Positions 25,807 through 38,592 of a stretch of 64,000 bases of DNA are shown here, in pieces (position 1 is the stretch's first letter; every line of letters starts with the position of its first letter). The translations under genes were made by a program, and so were the position numbers. This stretch comes from Syncephalis fuscata S228 (taxonomy: Eukaryota > Fungi > Zoopagomycota), in assembly GCA_025786725.1 (NCBI GenBank), contig JAHLTZ010000014.1:557139-621138 (forward strand), in the 5' to 3' direction. Below the pieces are notes generated by a model. That model did no database searches and was not told the origin of the DNA. It saw nothing but the letters and a program-made list of their open reading frames with translations.

Positions 25807-27119
25807 ATAGTGTCGATACAAGCGCAAATATACAAGAGTGTTTACAATATTTATGAATTTGTACTTATAGTGTGTACAAATAACAATAAAGGTAGAACGT
25901 GTAGCCTTTATTTTATTAAAATAAACCATGACATTTATGTAAGGCAGTTACGCGTAGAATAGCAGAGTGAGCTTGTACTATATTCTTGCATCTACTGTTC
26001 CATGTACTACTGCATTATTTGATCCTCTTATTACTACATCTCTATTTTCATTTTCACATCAACTTGCTAATATGCAAAACCAAAGCAGTATTTGTCTTAT
26101 ATAGTTTAATAGAAATGTATTTTATTTATATTGAGCACAATGACAATAATTGAGACGATTAAATTAATTTATTTTTAGTCGCTATTTGTCATTTGCATCC
26201 ACTCTTATTACACTTGGTTCTTTTAACCAATTCTTTTATTGTGCTTCTAGCTTCATTTATCTTCCGTTTTTCTACTATCATTTCTTTATAGTTTTGTTTA
26301 TTTCTTGTAGAAAATTATAAATAACACAATGCTTAATTGATGCATAATGATTTTAATGACTTGAACATTCTAGTATCTGTTGGATTTAAATACTTGAAAA
26401 CAGCTGCCGTTTCCCTTACATAATACTAATATTCTTTCAAAAGGTTTGATAGGATAATTGGCACAATGATAGTGCGCAATTAATAATGTTTGATATAATT
26501 ACAGTACCATCAAAACAAACCACTCGGATCAAGTATTCGAACTGCTGCTATACGATTTATTTGTCTATTTATAATAAAATCGTTATTTTAATCTATAAAT
26601 TTAAAATTGGTTTTTTATTATATTCATGTCTTTAGTAATACAAAATATTTGGCTATATGCTACAATTTATATAAACAGTGTAATGTTTATGGCACAGTTT
26701 TTAGCAATAATCAATTTTATTTGCTTTTTTGGATATTTATGCTTGCAAAAATAATAGCCACACAAAGATGATAATGCTACAATAAACCACAAGTGTATTT
26801 TGCACAATTCAATATCTATAGATAGAAATGAAAATGTTGCTTTAAAACATTTGTAGTTTCAGGATCTTATTGAGATGTGGAGATTAGTTGCTTATGACCT
26901 AATCCATGTGCTCCTTTCACGTTTTTCATACATAAATGTATATACCATATTTTTCCAATCTAAGAGTAAATGCATCGGCTATTGCGTGCTATATTTTGCT
27001 ATAAATATCTGCATTTTCGGCATATCTATTCGTCTAATCATCACATCATACTTTTCTTCTCACGTACTAGCTTCATAAAAAGTACAGCCTTTTAATCGAA
27101 AATTGAACCTTGACAAGAC

Positions 27120-28184
27120 ATGTTTACGATAAAGTTCATTTTTGCTATCACTACCACTGCACTCATGCTAGTGTCGATTACCAAGTCACACCCGCTAATG
27201 GCATGTAGGTTTATTCAGTTCCGGACCCACTGCAAGTGCTTATTACAATTCGTCTGTATTATTTACTAACAGTATTATTCATGTAGAGTTTATGACGATT
27301 AAATTGGATGGCAAAACTGATCCATTTGCCATGCATAATCTCAAGCTTATAGGCAAAGAATCCAATATTAGGGGCGTACATTATATTGACGGAATGCAAA
27401 GAGAAGATCCGATTCAACTTGCATGTGGATCAACTTCAAATACAAAAACTACGCCCTTCAGGTATACGAGGCAAGTCTTATAAAGCAGCAAACATACAAA
27501 ACTGACGAGTATAATCAATTACAGGATTTATTGAAATCCAAATTGTTATACAAACCCTACAAAGATTTTGAAGTTTTGTTACCTAAAGAGCAATTTATAT
27601 TACCTGGATATGTTAAATGCTATATTTTACCATATATGAAATGTGAATCAAAATACGATCCTGTTTCTCAAGACTTTGGAAGGTATGTCAAATTTAATAG
27701 CCATCGCTTTTACATAGTAATAGTTATTCTAAATTTTCAATTAGTCATGTGGTTAGTAACTTAGAATATCTAAATCATATATGGAAAAAAATTGAAGAAG
27801 GTAAAGGCTTGGATTATCTATATATTGTAAACTAAACCATGATTAGCGCTAGATATTATAAAAAAAGAGGGATGGTACGCCAACGGGGATATTGGAAGTA
27901 AGTAAAGCATATTGCTGTTGCTGTTATTTATATTAATGTTACTGTTAGATATTTGCTTCACTGGGAAGGAAGAAAACTCCAAAATGCTCTTTACCGGATT
28001 TGATTATACTTTTCCAGCAAAAAAGCTTACTGAATTTCAAGAAAGTGATAAAATCCGAGAAATCAATGAGCATATTACAGGACAAACTTTAGATAAACTC
28101 TCTCTCTCTTTAAGATACGAATTTATATATGCGCTTGGAAAAAAGAGAGATATAAAACGGAAACACTCTTGGGCCCCCCAATAG
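27120..28184 (+). CDS. Secreted, possibly kinase-like protein (multi-exon; frameshift near 27455)
   Basis: Signal peptide MFTIKFIFAITTTALMLVSITKS-HP with GT-AG introns. Later exons read ALDIIKKEGWYANGDIG..ICF...KMLFTGFD, loosely like a catalytic loop and DFG region. Confidence 0.45.
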
Positions 28185-29656
28185 CCGTGAACGCGAACCA
28201 ATTTCGGTACTGATGTCATTATACAGGTACACTAAGTATCTAGAGCCATTTAACAATTTGTTATTGCCTCTACGTGAAGAATAACGAGTTTTACAAATAA
28301 TTAATGTTTGTTCAATAAAACAATATCATGTTATAATTCAATTGCTACAGCTGTGTAATATTTAATGTTGATTATTTGTTTATTAAATAATGGCATTTCA
28401 TGACTTTTGTAGAAACTATGGATATGTAATTGTCAGTATTTTTGTCTGGTTTAATCGAGTCGTTGCATTGCATAGCTAGTTTCCAAAAAAGTTTGCTTGT
28501 CAACTATAATGTTTTTGGACTGAATACTATATATGTGTGATAATGTAATATGTACGCGAAAAAGTCATATTTTTATAAAATAAAGGGACATATATGAACT
28601 TTGTTGGAGATTTATTTAAAATAACTATGGAGAAATATTCAAGTATTTTCACATAGCTATTTTTGTAAATGTAACAATATGCATATTACACACTCCTTAT
28701 TTTCATTTGTTATATTTCAATTTATCCTCTTGCATTCTTTTCTGCTTAATAGCTATAATAAACTTGTAAAAAGATAATACTATAAAGCTTTAAAAGTAAA
28801 AATATAACAGCAAAAGCGAAAAGATAGTATGATGTAAAAACAAATAATATTTAAATTTAATACGCTTCTTTTATTATGTATTTCCGCTACTCCTTATTGT
28901 TGTATTTCCAACTATTTTCTATTGCTATATCGTTGTTTCTTCTAAACTGCACTTTTTAATTATTTTATTGCTGCGCCCCTGTATTTCTATTGTTGCATCA
29001 ACTGTATATGGTAAATGGTGTGCATTGCATTTGCCAACAAGGTTATGTTTACTTGTTTAATACAAAACAAATGATTTTACTTTAAGATAGTTATTGCACT
29101 AATATAGTGTGTTGTGTGCCATTTCGCATTATTGTTAGCATCGACGTTTTATAAGCATTTTTATCAATTATTTATTATCGTTTGAGGTCAAATGACTAGA
29201 TTTAATAGAATTCGCGTAATTGAATTAGACAATCAATCTATTGAACATGAGCCGGGTGAGTGACATATGTTATCAAAATATTTATCGTTGTAGAATTATT
29301 ATCCAGTACACCTATATCACTCCCACTATGTATCATTCTATGATATACTAGAGACAGTTATGTCTATTATAGACATTAACGAATCTCATTGTCATGTACA
29401 TTGTAATCTCATTATCGGTATTGACACCTTTGCTTGCTCAGTCATAGCACTGAATTATTTATATTATCACACTGTCATCCCTTTGATCATCAACTGGTAT
29501 TTGATGACGTTTAGGTAAGTGTGTTTAGTAGACAAACAAATATAATTATAATTTTACACCATTTGTTCTTCACCCATCCATCTTTTTTGTTGTACGTGCG
29601 GCATCTTGACTCTTCAAGCTATATTCATACCGTTATATACCATCTTTACCTTCAGT

Positions 29657-29989
29657 ATGTCAAGCACCACTGCCTCTGATGAGTCGCGTTACGTATTGGC
29701 ATATGTGACGCAGAATCAACGCGTCATTACTTATTGTCGCAGTGGCTTCTCGGCCGTTTCTGGCAGTGCAGCAGGTATTCTTGGACTAACTGGTCTATAT
29801 GGCTTTTATTTTTACGTCGTAACAACCATCATCATGTCGGGATTGCTATGGTCGCTTAAAACTGCCGGCCAACCGTTGCGGTATTTCCGATCAACAAGCG
29901 AAGTTGTATGGGACGGCGTTATGGGCGGTCTATTCTCATACGTGCTCTTCTGGACGCTATTATACGGCATTGTTCACGTTTACGACTAG
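29657..29989 (+). CDS. EMC6: ER membrane protein complex subunit 6
   Basis: QNQRVITYCR...SGSAAGILGLTGLYGF...GGLFSYVLFWTLLYGIVHVYD. Confidence 0.93.
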   Translation: MSSTTASDESRYVLAYVTQNQRVITYCRSGFSAVSGSAAGILGLTGLYGFYFYVVTTIIMSGLLWSLKTAGQPLRYFRSTSEVVWDGVMGGLFSYVLFWTLLYGIVHVYD

Positions 29990-30152
29990 CGCTTGTTAAT
30001 CATTCACACTAAAAACAAACGCACACTTAATAGTAATCAACATGGCGATAATAGCAAAATATCTGTGTTTAAGAAATAAATCCACCGTGAATATAATAAT
30101 AGTAGTAATAAAGCAATTGACGATTTATTAATAAGAGACATGTTAGCAGTGT

Positions 30153-33100
30153 TTAAACTGTAACAAATTTACGCTTTTTAGCAGATTTATCCTCATTCTC
30201 ATCTATATTTTCAATATCATAAAAGTCTGCCTGATGATTGGCCTCCCAGTCACGTCGAATATGCTGTAAGGCAACTGTATTATAGCCGAGTATATCCTAT
30301 TTAATAAACCTCTATTAATATCGCTACTTTTTGTTTGGTCAAGTCATTGTGGTCTACCTTTTGTTTGCGTAGTCCTACACGCAAATGTTCACGAATTGAA
30401 TCGAGCATGCTACGCATTAATCGATTTGCTACAATTGGTGCATGGAAGGTCCGTAGAATAAAGAACAGAACACGACATGTCAACGCAGTATTCCATTCCT
30501 GTAATAATGTATCAATATAATGTAAACTATACTAATTCAGCCTCTTACTTTACGAGCCCATATATCAAGATAAGACATAAGTGACATAATCTTCTCGAAA
30601 GGTAACACGAGTAATGCTTCATCTAAATCACTCGATCTAATCTGTTCCAATGTACGAAGAACATATCGATCGGCCGATATATCGCCCATAGCCAGTAGAA
30701 TAGGATTACGTGGCGGTGGTGGCGGGTCTTGTCCTTTACTTAACATCTAATAACACAATTGATATTAATATTTATCATACTATATAGTCTATCTATGGAT
30801 ACTACTTACCTCTTCATAGGCATTGGTTGTTGCTTTATCTTCATCGGCAAGTTCGATTGCTTCTAAAAGTCGTTCACCTGCCTTTAAAGTCTCCATTGTT
30901 TGTTTACCAGCGGTGTCCACTTGATCATCCCCATCTCCAGGCGATGCATCATTAAGATTGGTTTTTTCTAATGCGTCTGTCAATGTTGTCTCGTATGCTT
31001 TATCCATTTCACGTTCACGCTCTTCTTCCAAAAACAGCTAACAACATGGTTAACAAAGCTGTTACATCATTACAACTAGACCGTACCTGCTCATCGGTAC
31101 GTGTCCAAACACGAATAGACCGATCTTGAGAACCGGAACAAATGAACGCTCCATGCTTAGCAATAGCCAATGACCATACTTCTCCGTGATGTCCTTCCAG
31201 TTGCATAATATTCTCAAACTATATTTATTAGATTAGTTATTACTATTATTATTATCATTATTATTTACCTTATCACCATCCCAGTATTTAACAACATGAT
31301 CTTTACCAGCTGTAAAAAAGTAATGCGTTCCATGGACAAATTGAACTCGCATGATACTTTCTTGATGAGCAAATATCGATTTATGACAATCACCAAAATC
31401 AAGACCCCATAGTTTAACATTCTTATCGGCTGAACATGTCACTAGCAAGTTGCTGTCACTCGAAATATCCATTGATAATACTGGTAGCTATAAATAATAT
31501 AATTAACAAACAGTATAGAATAAACACAAATGAACCACTTACCTTATGGCCATAAAGAGAAAGAAAGAATTTAAGTGTATCGTGATAAAACACCTTAACG
31601 GTAGCATCTAATAAAGCCACGGCGACCAATCGCTGATCTGGACTATATCGTACACATAAAACATCATCCGACATTTTTAGAGTGCGCATAAGTGTTAAAG
31701 TAACACGTGCAGGGCCCTATTACATTATTATTATTATTATTAAGACTGTTATTAACACAGCTATTACTTACATCTTCTAATGGAGTTCGATCGAAATCCC
31801 AAAATTTAACGGTTTTATCCGCACTGCCTGATACAATGCCCTTCTTGTCTGGACGCATAGCTATTGACCAAACAGCTCCTTGATGTGCATCAATGGATTC
31901 GAGTAATGACGATGAAGCAATATCGTATAGTTCTAATTGACCGGTTTTTGTACCAATTAATACCTAAATAACTGTTAAATGGCTGTATCAATACATAAAT
32001 ACTTTTTTGTAATTACATGCTTATTATTGGGAAGAAATAGACTGCACAAAGCATAGCCACACTCCATTGATCGAATACATGTATTGGTGTGAACATTCCA
32101 GATTTTTAACATATCTAATAGATGGCATAGTGTGCTTAGTATTGCTTATTACACTACAGCCAATTGACATCACTTACTATTAGAGGCGGAGCATAAAAGA
32201 TCGTCATCAGAGCTAAGTGCTAGTGTACGCACATCAGAACGGTGACCTTGCATATCTGTAGTATATAATTTAGATGGTCCAGGTGTTTCTACACTTTTGT
32301 CTTTAGAAGGGAATGGTACGTTGTAAACTTCGAGCATATTATTATTTAACGATACAAGAATCTAATAACAGTTATAGCTATAGTTATAGTTATTACAAAT
32401 TATCCCATCCATTTACCTGGGATGCTTGAACACGACTTGATTCTTTTTTGGGTGAGAAATCAGCAGATCTAATTTTAGCCGGTGCATGAATGATCTGGAA
32501 TGCAGTAATACGATCAGATGCCGTAACTTGTTCTGTAGACATTACAGCATCTTCTTCATTATCGTCTTCTTTTCCAGATTGGCCAGCCTTTTTACGCTGC
32601 TTCTCTCGATGACGTTTAGCTCGTCGTTGTTGTTTCTTTTGTATTTCCTCTTCTGTACGAATTCTAAATACTTCAATTACTTTATCGGCTGATTGGCACA
32701 TTAAAAATCGTCCCTTGGGATGAAATTGCAGCGTGGTTGCTCTTTCTCTACTTTGTCGTTGAATTGCTCCATAGAATTGAATGACTTTTGCATCCTAAAT
32801 AATAAACATATGCTATTAATTATACAGCTGTTATTTCATATCGACGACTTACTGCGTCCTTTTCCATTGCCATATTCTCTTGATGAAGTAGTTCACCATT
32901 TAAGTGCCAAGCCTTTAATTCTGCATCCACACTAGCTGTTACCATTAACATTGCTGTTTCATCAATATCCATCGACCAAATCTCGCCACGATGTGCAACA
33001 TGTGTCTCCAAACAATGCTGTGTCGTCAAATCCCATAGCTTCAATAGTGTATCCTTGCCCGTTGAAATAAGATAGCCGTCGCGGCCAATTGATAGAAACT

Positions 33101-33624
33101 TTACTGCTGTAATCATATCACGATGGCCACGCAAACGATAGAGTCCAACCTCACCAACAATATCCCATACAATAAGATTTGTATCACGAGATCCAGATAC
33201 AAGTCGATTACCGCTGGCATCGAATGATAAAGCGGATATAGCACTCTTATGTCCATTAAATACTACTGAAGAGCTATGTGTCGTTAAATCCCAAATACGA
33301 ATAGCACCATCGGTGTATCTAAAGAGCGCAAGTAGATGTATAGATATAGCTATTAGTTGTCGGCCTTTATCAGTATACAACTACTTACCCCACGGCAAAG
33401 TCTTTATTATTAGGACTACGCGCAATACACGATACTTGAGCCTTATTATCGCTATCGTGCCAGCGTTCAGCCTGTATACCTTTCTTAAGATCCCACACGA
33501 TCACATCTTCCAACGCAGGCGCAATAGCCAGTTTACCCGTAGCATCATAGACAGCATTACTCAAGCCACTTGTAATAACGCCAAATGAGCTTGTTTGCTC
33601 GTAACGTAAATACGCTTTAACCAT
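30153..33624 (-). CDS. DIP2: U3 snoRNA-associated WD40 protein Utp12/Dip2 (WDR3)
   Basis: Start MVKAYLRYE, multiple WD40 repeats, [37 protein letters not shown] and a C-terminal Utp12 domain. Confidence 0.95.
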
Positions 33625-33766
33625 AACGAGAACAAGCAAGCCAATGAATGCTTGTATATGTGCGTACACGTAAAATGGAATAACAAAGTGTAGAAAAAGA
33701 AAAATGTTTTTTCTTTTTTTTAATAGTAACTTTCTCCTCTCACTTTAATAATTCCTCTCATTCACG
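33625..33766. promoter_or_regulatory. 142-bp divergent (bidirectional) promoter region between DIP2 and LCP5
   Basis: Head-to-head ATGs at 33624(-) and 33767(+), with poly-A and poly-T tracts between them. Confidence 0.6.
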
Positions 33767-35297
33767 ATGGCGAGTGTGGTTATGGTCAAAGGTAGTGCGT
33801 TAAAGACGACCGATGGCTTATAGTATATTTAACATGATTCATTTAGATGATAGCCAACGGTTTGCGACAATTGTAGAGGAATTGGGTCAGCATTCTGATG
33901 CATTAAAAAAACAAATTGCCGAACTTCGAAAGCGGTAAGTAGTCTATAACCGTAGCAAGTATATTTATCAATAGTATAATAATTATTGTTGTTTAAATAA
34001 ACAGCGTTTTAGATGGAGAATTATCAACAAGTAATGGTATTAGCTTACTTGAAGTGAAATATCGTAAGTAATAGCCACTGTTACTAGCTATTTAGCTAAT
34101 AAATCATTTAATAGACACACTATTGCAATATATTACGCAACTAGTCTATGTAATTGGTAGAAAACTACATGGCGAGCCATTGGAGAATAGTGCAGCTATT
34201 GATGCGCTGATCCATGATCGTATTATACTTGAGAAAGTGAAGCCGATTGAGCAAAAACTTAAATATCAATTAGATAAATTGATTCGAGCGGCTAGTCTTG
34301 GCGCATCAGCAGGCGGTAATGAACAAGGTTAGTATTATATAAATATAAAATACAAGATATACGAATAAATACCAATGACTTTGTAATAGTCAATCCATAT
34401 AGCTTTAAACCAAATCCACAACAATTGGTGGGCGCCAATGACGATAACGATGCTGAAAAGGGACAAGGTAATATTTTAACAATTAATAGGGGAAACAAGC
34501 TTATCAAAGCGATTGTATTAGGTGGCGATAACGATACAGACGATGAAGGCTCCAAACTATACCGTGCACCACGTCTGGCACCTGTACATTATGATGAGGG
34601 CGCTGGTAAGTGTACTAGCCAGATAGTTATATAATCTATCATTCTAAATGCATTCAATTTAGATGCTAAAGAGAAGCGAAAGAAGCATGAACAGCGTTTA
34701 CTTGAAAAGGCCGCCAAATCACGCTTGATTCAAGATTTGGTCGCTGAATATGATGATCGACCTGAACAGATGGGTGTAGAAGGAGGTGCTCGAGATGGAT
34801 ACGGTGGCGATGATGCGCTTGAAAAGCGCGAGAAAGAGAGGACCCGCTACGAGGAAGATAACTTTACACGTCTTTCGCTTTCTAAACAAGAAACCCGCCG
34901 TATGCGAGATGGTGGCTTACATCGATTTACAAATGAATTCAAGGTATAGTTTGTATTTCTGATGATATACTATTATGTCTAATTTTTTAAATAGAATCTT
35001 AATGATTTTTCAAATCTGGCTGGTATTAATGCCGTTGAGCAAGATGATCGCCAACGACATAATCTACTTGGTCGTAAGGAGCGTCGTCACGAAGAACGAG
35101 CGAATATGGAAAAGGTCAGCTTAATAGTATTTATATGGCTATTTATTAACCAATACGCGCATTGTTTTATTTAGATGGGAGCGAGAAAACGCAAAGGAGG
35201 CGTTGAAGCGGTCGTTGAAGATGATCGTATTGGTTCTGGTTCTGGTGCCTTCCAGCGAAGCAGAAAGAATGAAAGCCGACGTAAGCGTCGTAAATAA
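33767..35297 (+). CDS. LCP5: Neuroguidin/Lcp5 (Sas10/Utp3/C1D family)
   Basis: GISLLEVKYHTLLQY...RIILEKVKPIEQKLKYQLDKLIRAA, FKPNP, YRAPRLAPVHY, YEEDNFTRL. Confidence 0.9.
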
Positions 35298-35397
35298 AGG
35301 CCATTTGATGATTTTACTATTATCATCAATGCTACAGCGATTAGAAATAAATAGCATAAATCAATAGACATGGTGTACTAGTAGTCGTATACTGTAT

Positions 35398-36042
35398 TTA
35401 TAGTGTTATTGGCAATAGCATGGCCATGACATCGCGTCCCTCTTCAGCTAGAATGTTAAATGTCGAACAGGCCTGTTTCGTATCGAGTTGCTCCACGCTA
35501 ACACCAAGCTCTTTTAGCGCAGCTATTGTATCAGGAGTAAGTACGCGTAATTGACGACCCGTACCAAGTACGAGTAACTCGGGACGTGGCTCGGTTGCCC
35601 TCATTACTTCAAGGACCTGTTTGTTCCAATGACCTGTATCGATTTGGCCGTCCTTACTGTTAGTGACCTCCCAGGTCCAAGCGTCGTCAGGAGCAGCAAT
35701 CAACGGACCAGTTACCGTGACTTTTTGTTCAGCATCGCCATGCTTCCATAAAATAAATCCATCGTCGATTACCTTTCCAATAACAATCTCAGGCGGTGCC
35801 GTCTCACCAAGAATACTTTGGAATGGATCGCGATCTTGTCGCGTTGTTGTTGTGGCTAGACTGCGACGAAACAAGAATGCCGACGAAGCCATTGTCGCAT
35901 TCGGTCGCACTACTGGCCAAACAGGACACGGCCTAGACCGCCAACTAATTATCGGCGTCGTCGTCGTCATTGTCGTCGCTACAGCTCGCGCTTTTAGCGA
36001 TACTTGTCGTGCAGCTGTACCCAGACGCTGTAATGACATCAT
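35398..36042 (-). CDS. NDUFAF3: Complex I assembly factor NDUFAF3 (Mth938 domain)
   Basis: Presequence-like N-terminus, then PRPELLVLGTG...LGVSVEQLDTKQACSTFNILAEEGRDVMAMLLP. Confidence 0.88.
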   Translation of the reverse strand: MMSLQRLGTAARQVSLKARAVATTMTTTTPIISWRSRPCPVWPVVRPNATMASSAFLFRRSLATTTTRQDRDPFQSILGETAPPEIVIGKVIDDGFILWKHGDAEQKVTVTGPLIAAPDDAWTWEVTNSKDGQIDTGHWNKQVLEVMRATEPRPELLVLGTGRQLRVLTPDTIAALKELGVSVEQLDTKQACSTFNILAEEGRDVMAMLLPITL

Positions 36043-37044
36043 GCTGTTAAACACAAAAAGAAAGCAGAGCAACAAGTTACTAAAAACAATTGAAAATGAT
36101 ACTAATAATAAAGTGTCGATAAGGATGCATCTGGTTATCTGTATATCATTTCATTATTAAAACTATGAACATATCCTATAATCGCACCTGTTTTTAAGGT
36201 AAATTAACTTTTATTATACTAATTTAACGCTTTTAATATATTTACTATTTACAGATAACTCGTTTTATGATAATGAGTAGTTCTAGTGTTAAATGATACC
36301 AGTATTAGTTTACTCATAACAACACAACATACAATCTACGTCATCACATTTCCCTTTCCTTTCTTTACACTTGACAATATATACCCATTGTATATACTAC
36401 TTATTACGCATCATATATGCTACCTAGATAGTGTTAGTAGTTGACTGACTACTAATCAAGTGCAGCACCTTCTGTACTATGTACTTGTATTGCTCTTTTC
36501 CGTTATATATTCCACCAGTCTACAGTTTAAGCATGTGCCATTTTTTAAATTCTCAAGTAAATTTTGCTACAGTTTACTAAATTTAGTATGTATTCTGTAA
36601 GCATAACGGTATCATGCAAATAGCCTTGTGTGATTTTATAGCACAGTTTAAAGCACTCTTTTTATGTACCTCACTAAGGAAAATAAAACTATTATAATCA
36701 ACTTTACCATTACCATTTAGTTGTATACTGTAAATATATTAGCTAAATGTATAGATGTACTAACAATATTCATAACTAGTAATCTAATGTATTATCACTT
36801 TTGCTAGCTAATGGTGAATATAACTAGTAGTAAAAAATAGCTTTTACCAATAGTGCTCAATCAGTAAACGATAGAAAGATATTGAGCAGAATGAATATGT
36901 AATGATAACAGTATATAAAATAATGTTAAGGTTATAGTGCATATAACGCAATGAGTGAAGTGTATTGGGACATATAAACAATAGAATATGTCTAATATAT
37001 CATAGAATAATCTATAGTAGTGCGGGATATAATAGGAATTATAT

Positions 37045-37160
37045 ATACGTATATGTATACTGGATATATGCATTCTGGATAATGAATCTACAATAATGAG
37101 TATTTTGAACCCTGATATCATTCACCGCCCATCATCATGTTCAATAGGTTGAATGTGCAG
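37045..37160 (+). repeat. ~110-bp dispersed non-coding repeat, copy 1
   Basis: TATACTGGATATATGCATTCTGGATAATGAATCTA...ATGAGTATTT...ATGTTCAATAG matches 47695-47805. Confidence 0.6.
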
Positions 37161-37220
37161 TTCAAACGTAATCATTTAATTCTCAAATCCTACTATTAAA
37201 GATTTAGTAGACGTGTTTAA

Positions 37221-37258
37221 ACGCGAAATCGAATTCGCGTAATCGAATTCACGTAATC
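37221..37258. promoter_or_regulatory. G1/S-type (SCB/MCB/E2F-like) elements upstream of PCNA
   Basis: ACGCGAAATCGAATTCGCGT is an imperfect palindrome with two CGCG cores, followed by the tandem variant AATCGAATTCACGT. It lies about 200 bp before the ATG; a 5'UTR intron spans about 37348-37403. Confidence 0.55.
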
Positions 37259-37419
37259 AAGTTTTTTTTATTTTTCCTCTGTGCTCCTCCTCTCACTTTC
37301 TTGCATTTATTTTTCGTCTCTCGTGAATTATTGCCTACACACGTTTGGTAAGCAATTAGAATAACATCTCAACTAAATGCCGGCTAATAATTAGTATTTA
37401 CAGCGTTTAACAAGAAATC

Positions 37420-38386
37420 ATGTTTGAAGCACGTCTCAATCAAGGTGCAGTTTTAAAGAAGCTGATTGATGCCATACGTGATCTGGTTACCGAAGGCAAC
37501 TTCGACTGTAACGAGAATGGTCTAGCACTACAAGCTATGGATTCTGCTCATGTAGCACTTGTGGCTATGCTTTTGCGTCCTGATGCATTTGAACCATATC
37601 GCTGCGATCGTAACATGTCGCTTGGTATTAGTTTGAAATCGTTGAGCACCATTCTTCGCTGTGCATCCAATGACGATGTCATTACTCTTCGCGCTGAGGA
37701 TACAGCCGATCAATTGGCATTAACATTTGAAAGTCCACGTAAGCTGATCTAATTTAACAAACTTACCGATAAGTAATACAAAGACATAAATATGACATAT
37801 GTTTCTAGAAAGCGATAAGATTAGCGAGTATGTGCTTAATTTGATGGATATCGATAGTGAGCATCTAGGCATTCCTGAGACGGCTTATGACACTGTTGTG
37901 CACATGTCATCCTCTGAATTCCAACGTATTTGTCGCGATCTTCAGCAAATCAGTGATTCAGGTACAATAGAACGTAGAACATCAATATAACAATTTACTA
38001 ACGTATTATTACTCTTGTATTTTTATTATTAGTGACTATTGATGCATCCAAAGAAGGTATCAAGTTTATGGCAGCCGGTGAATTAGGCAATGGACAAGTT
38101 ATGCTAAGACAGAATATGAATGTCGATCGGGTCAGTATTGTATAAATGCTGTGGATAATTTATGCTAACTGTTTTGCAGGAGGAGGATTCTACAGTAATT
38201 GAATTACAGCAGCCTGTTCAGCTTACATTCGCTGTCAAGTATCTTAGCATGTTTGCCAAGACTACACCACTATGCAATCGAGTTACACTGTGCTTATCGA
38301 ACGAAGTACCCTTATTGCTCGAATATAAAATTGATGAAATTGGTTATATTCGCTACTATCTTGCACCCAAAGTGGATAGCGAGTAA
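37420..38386 (+). CDS. POL30: Proliferating cell nuclear antigen
   Basis: MFEARL.QG.VLKK...[12 protein letters not shown]...YRCDRN...[11 protein letters not shown]...YYLAPK. Confidence 0.98.
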
Positions 38387-38592
38387 CAAGATAATCTATC
38401 CATCTATCGGGTGTTATTGAATTCAATTTAAAAGTAACAAGATTAACATGTTCAACTTTTCAATGAATAAACTATTCATTTATTGCTGTTATTATATATG
38501 TTCACAAAACGGAGTAGATTAAGGATAAATATCACTTATTATAAATAAATTATGCGAATGATGATAATTGTTGCTGTTGTTGTCGTAATTGT

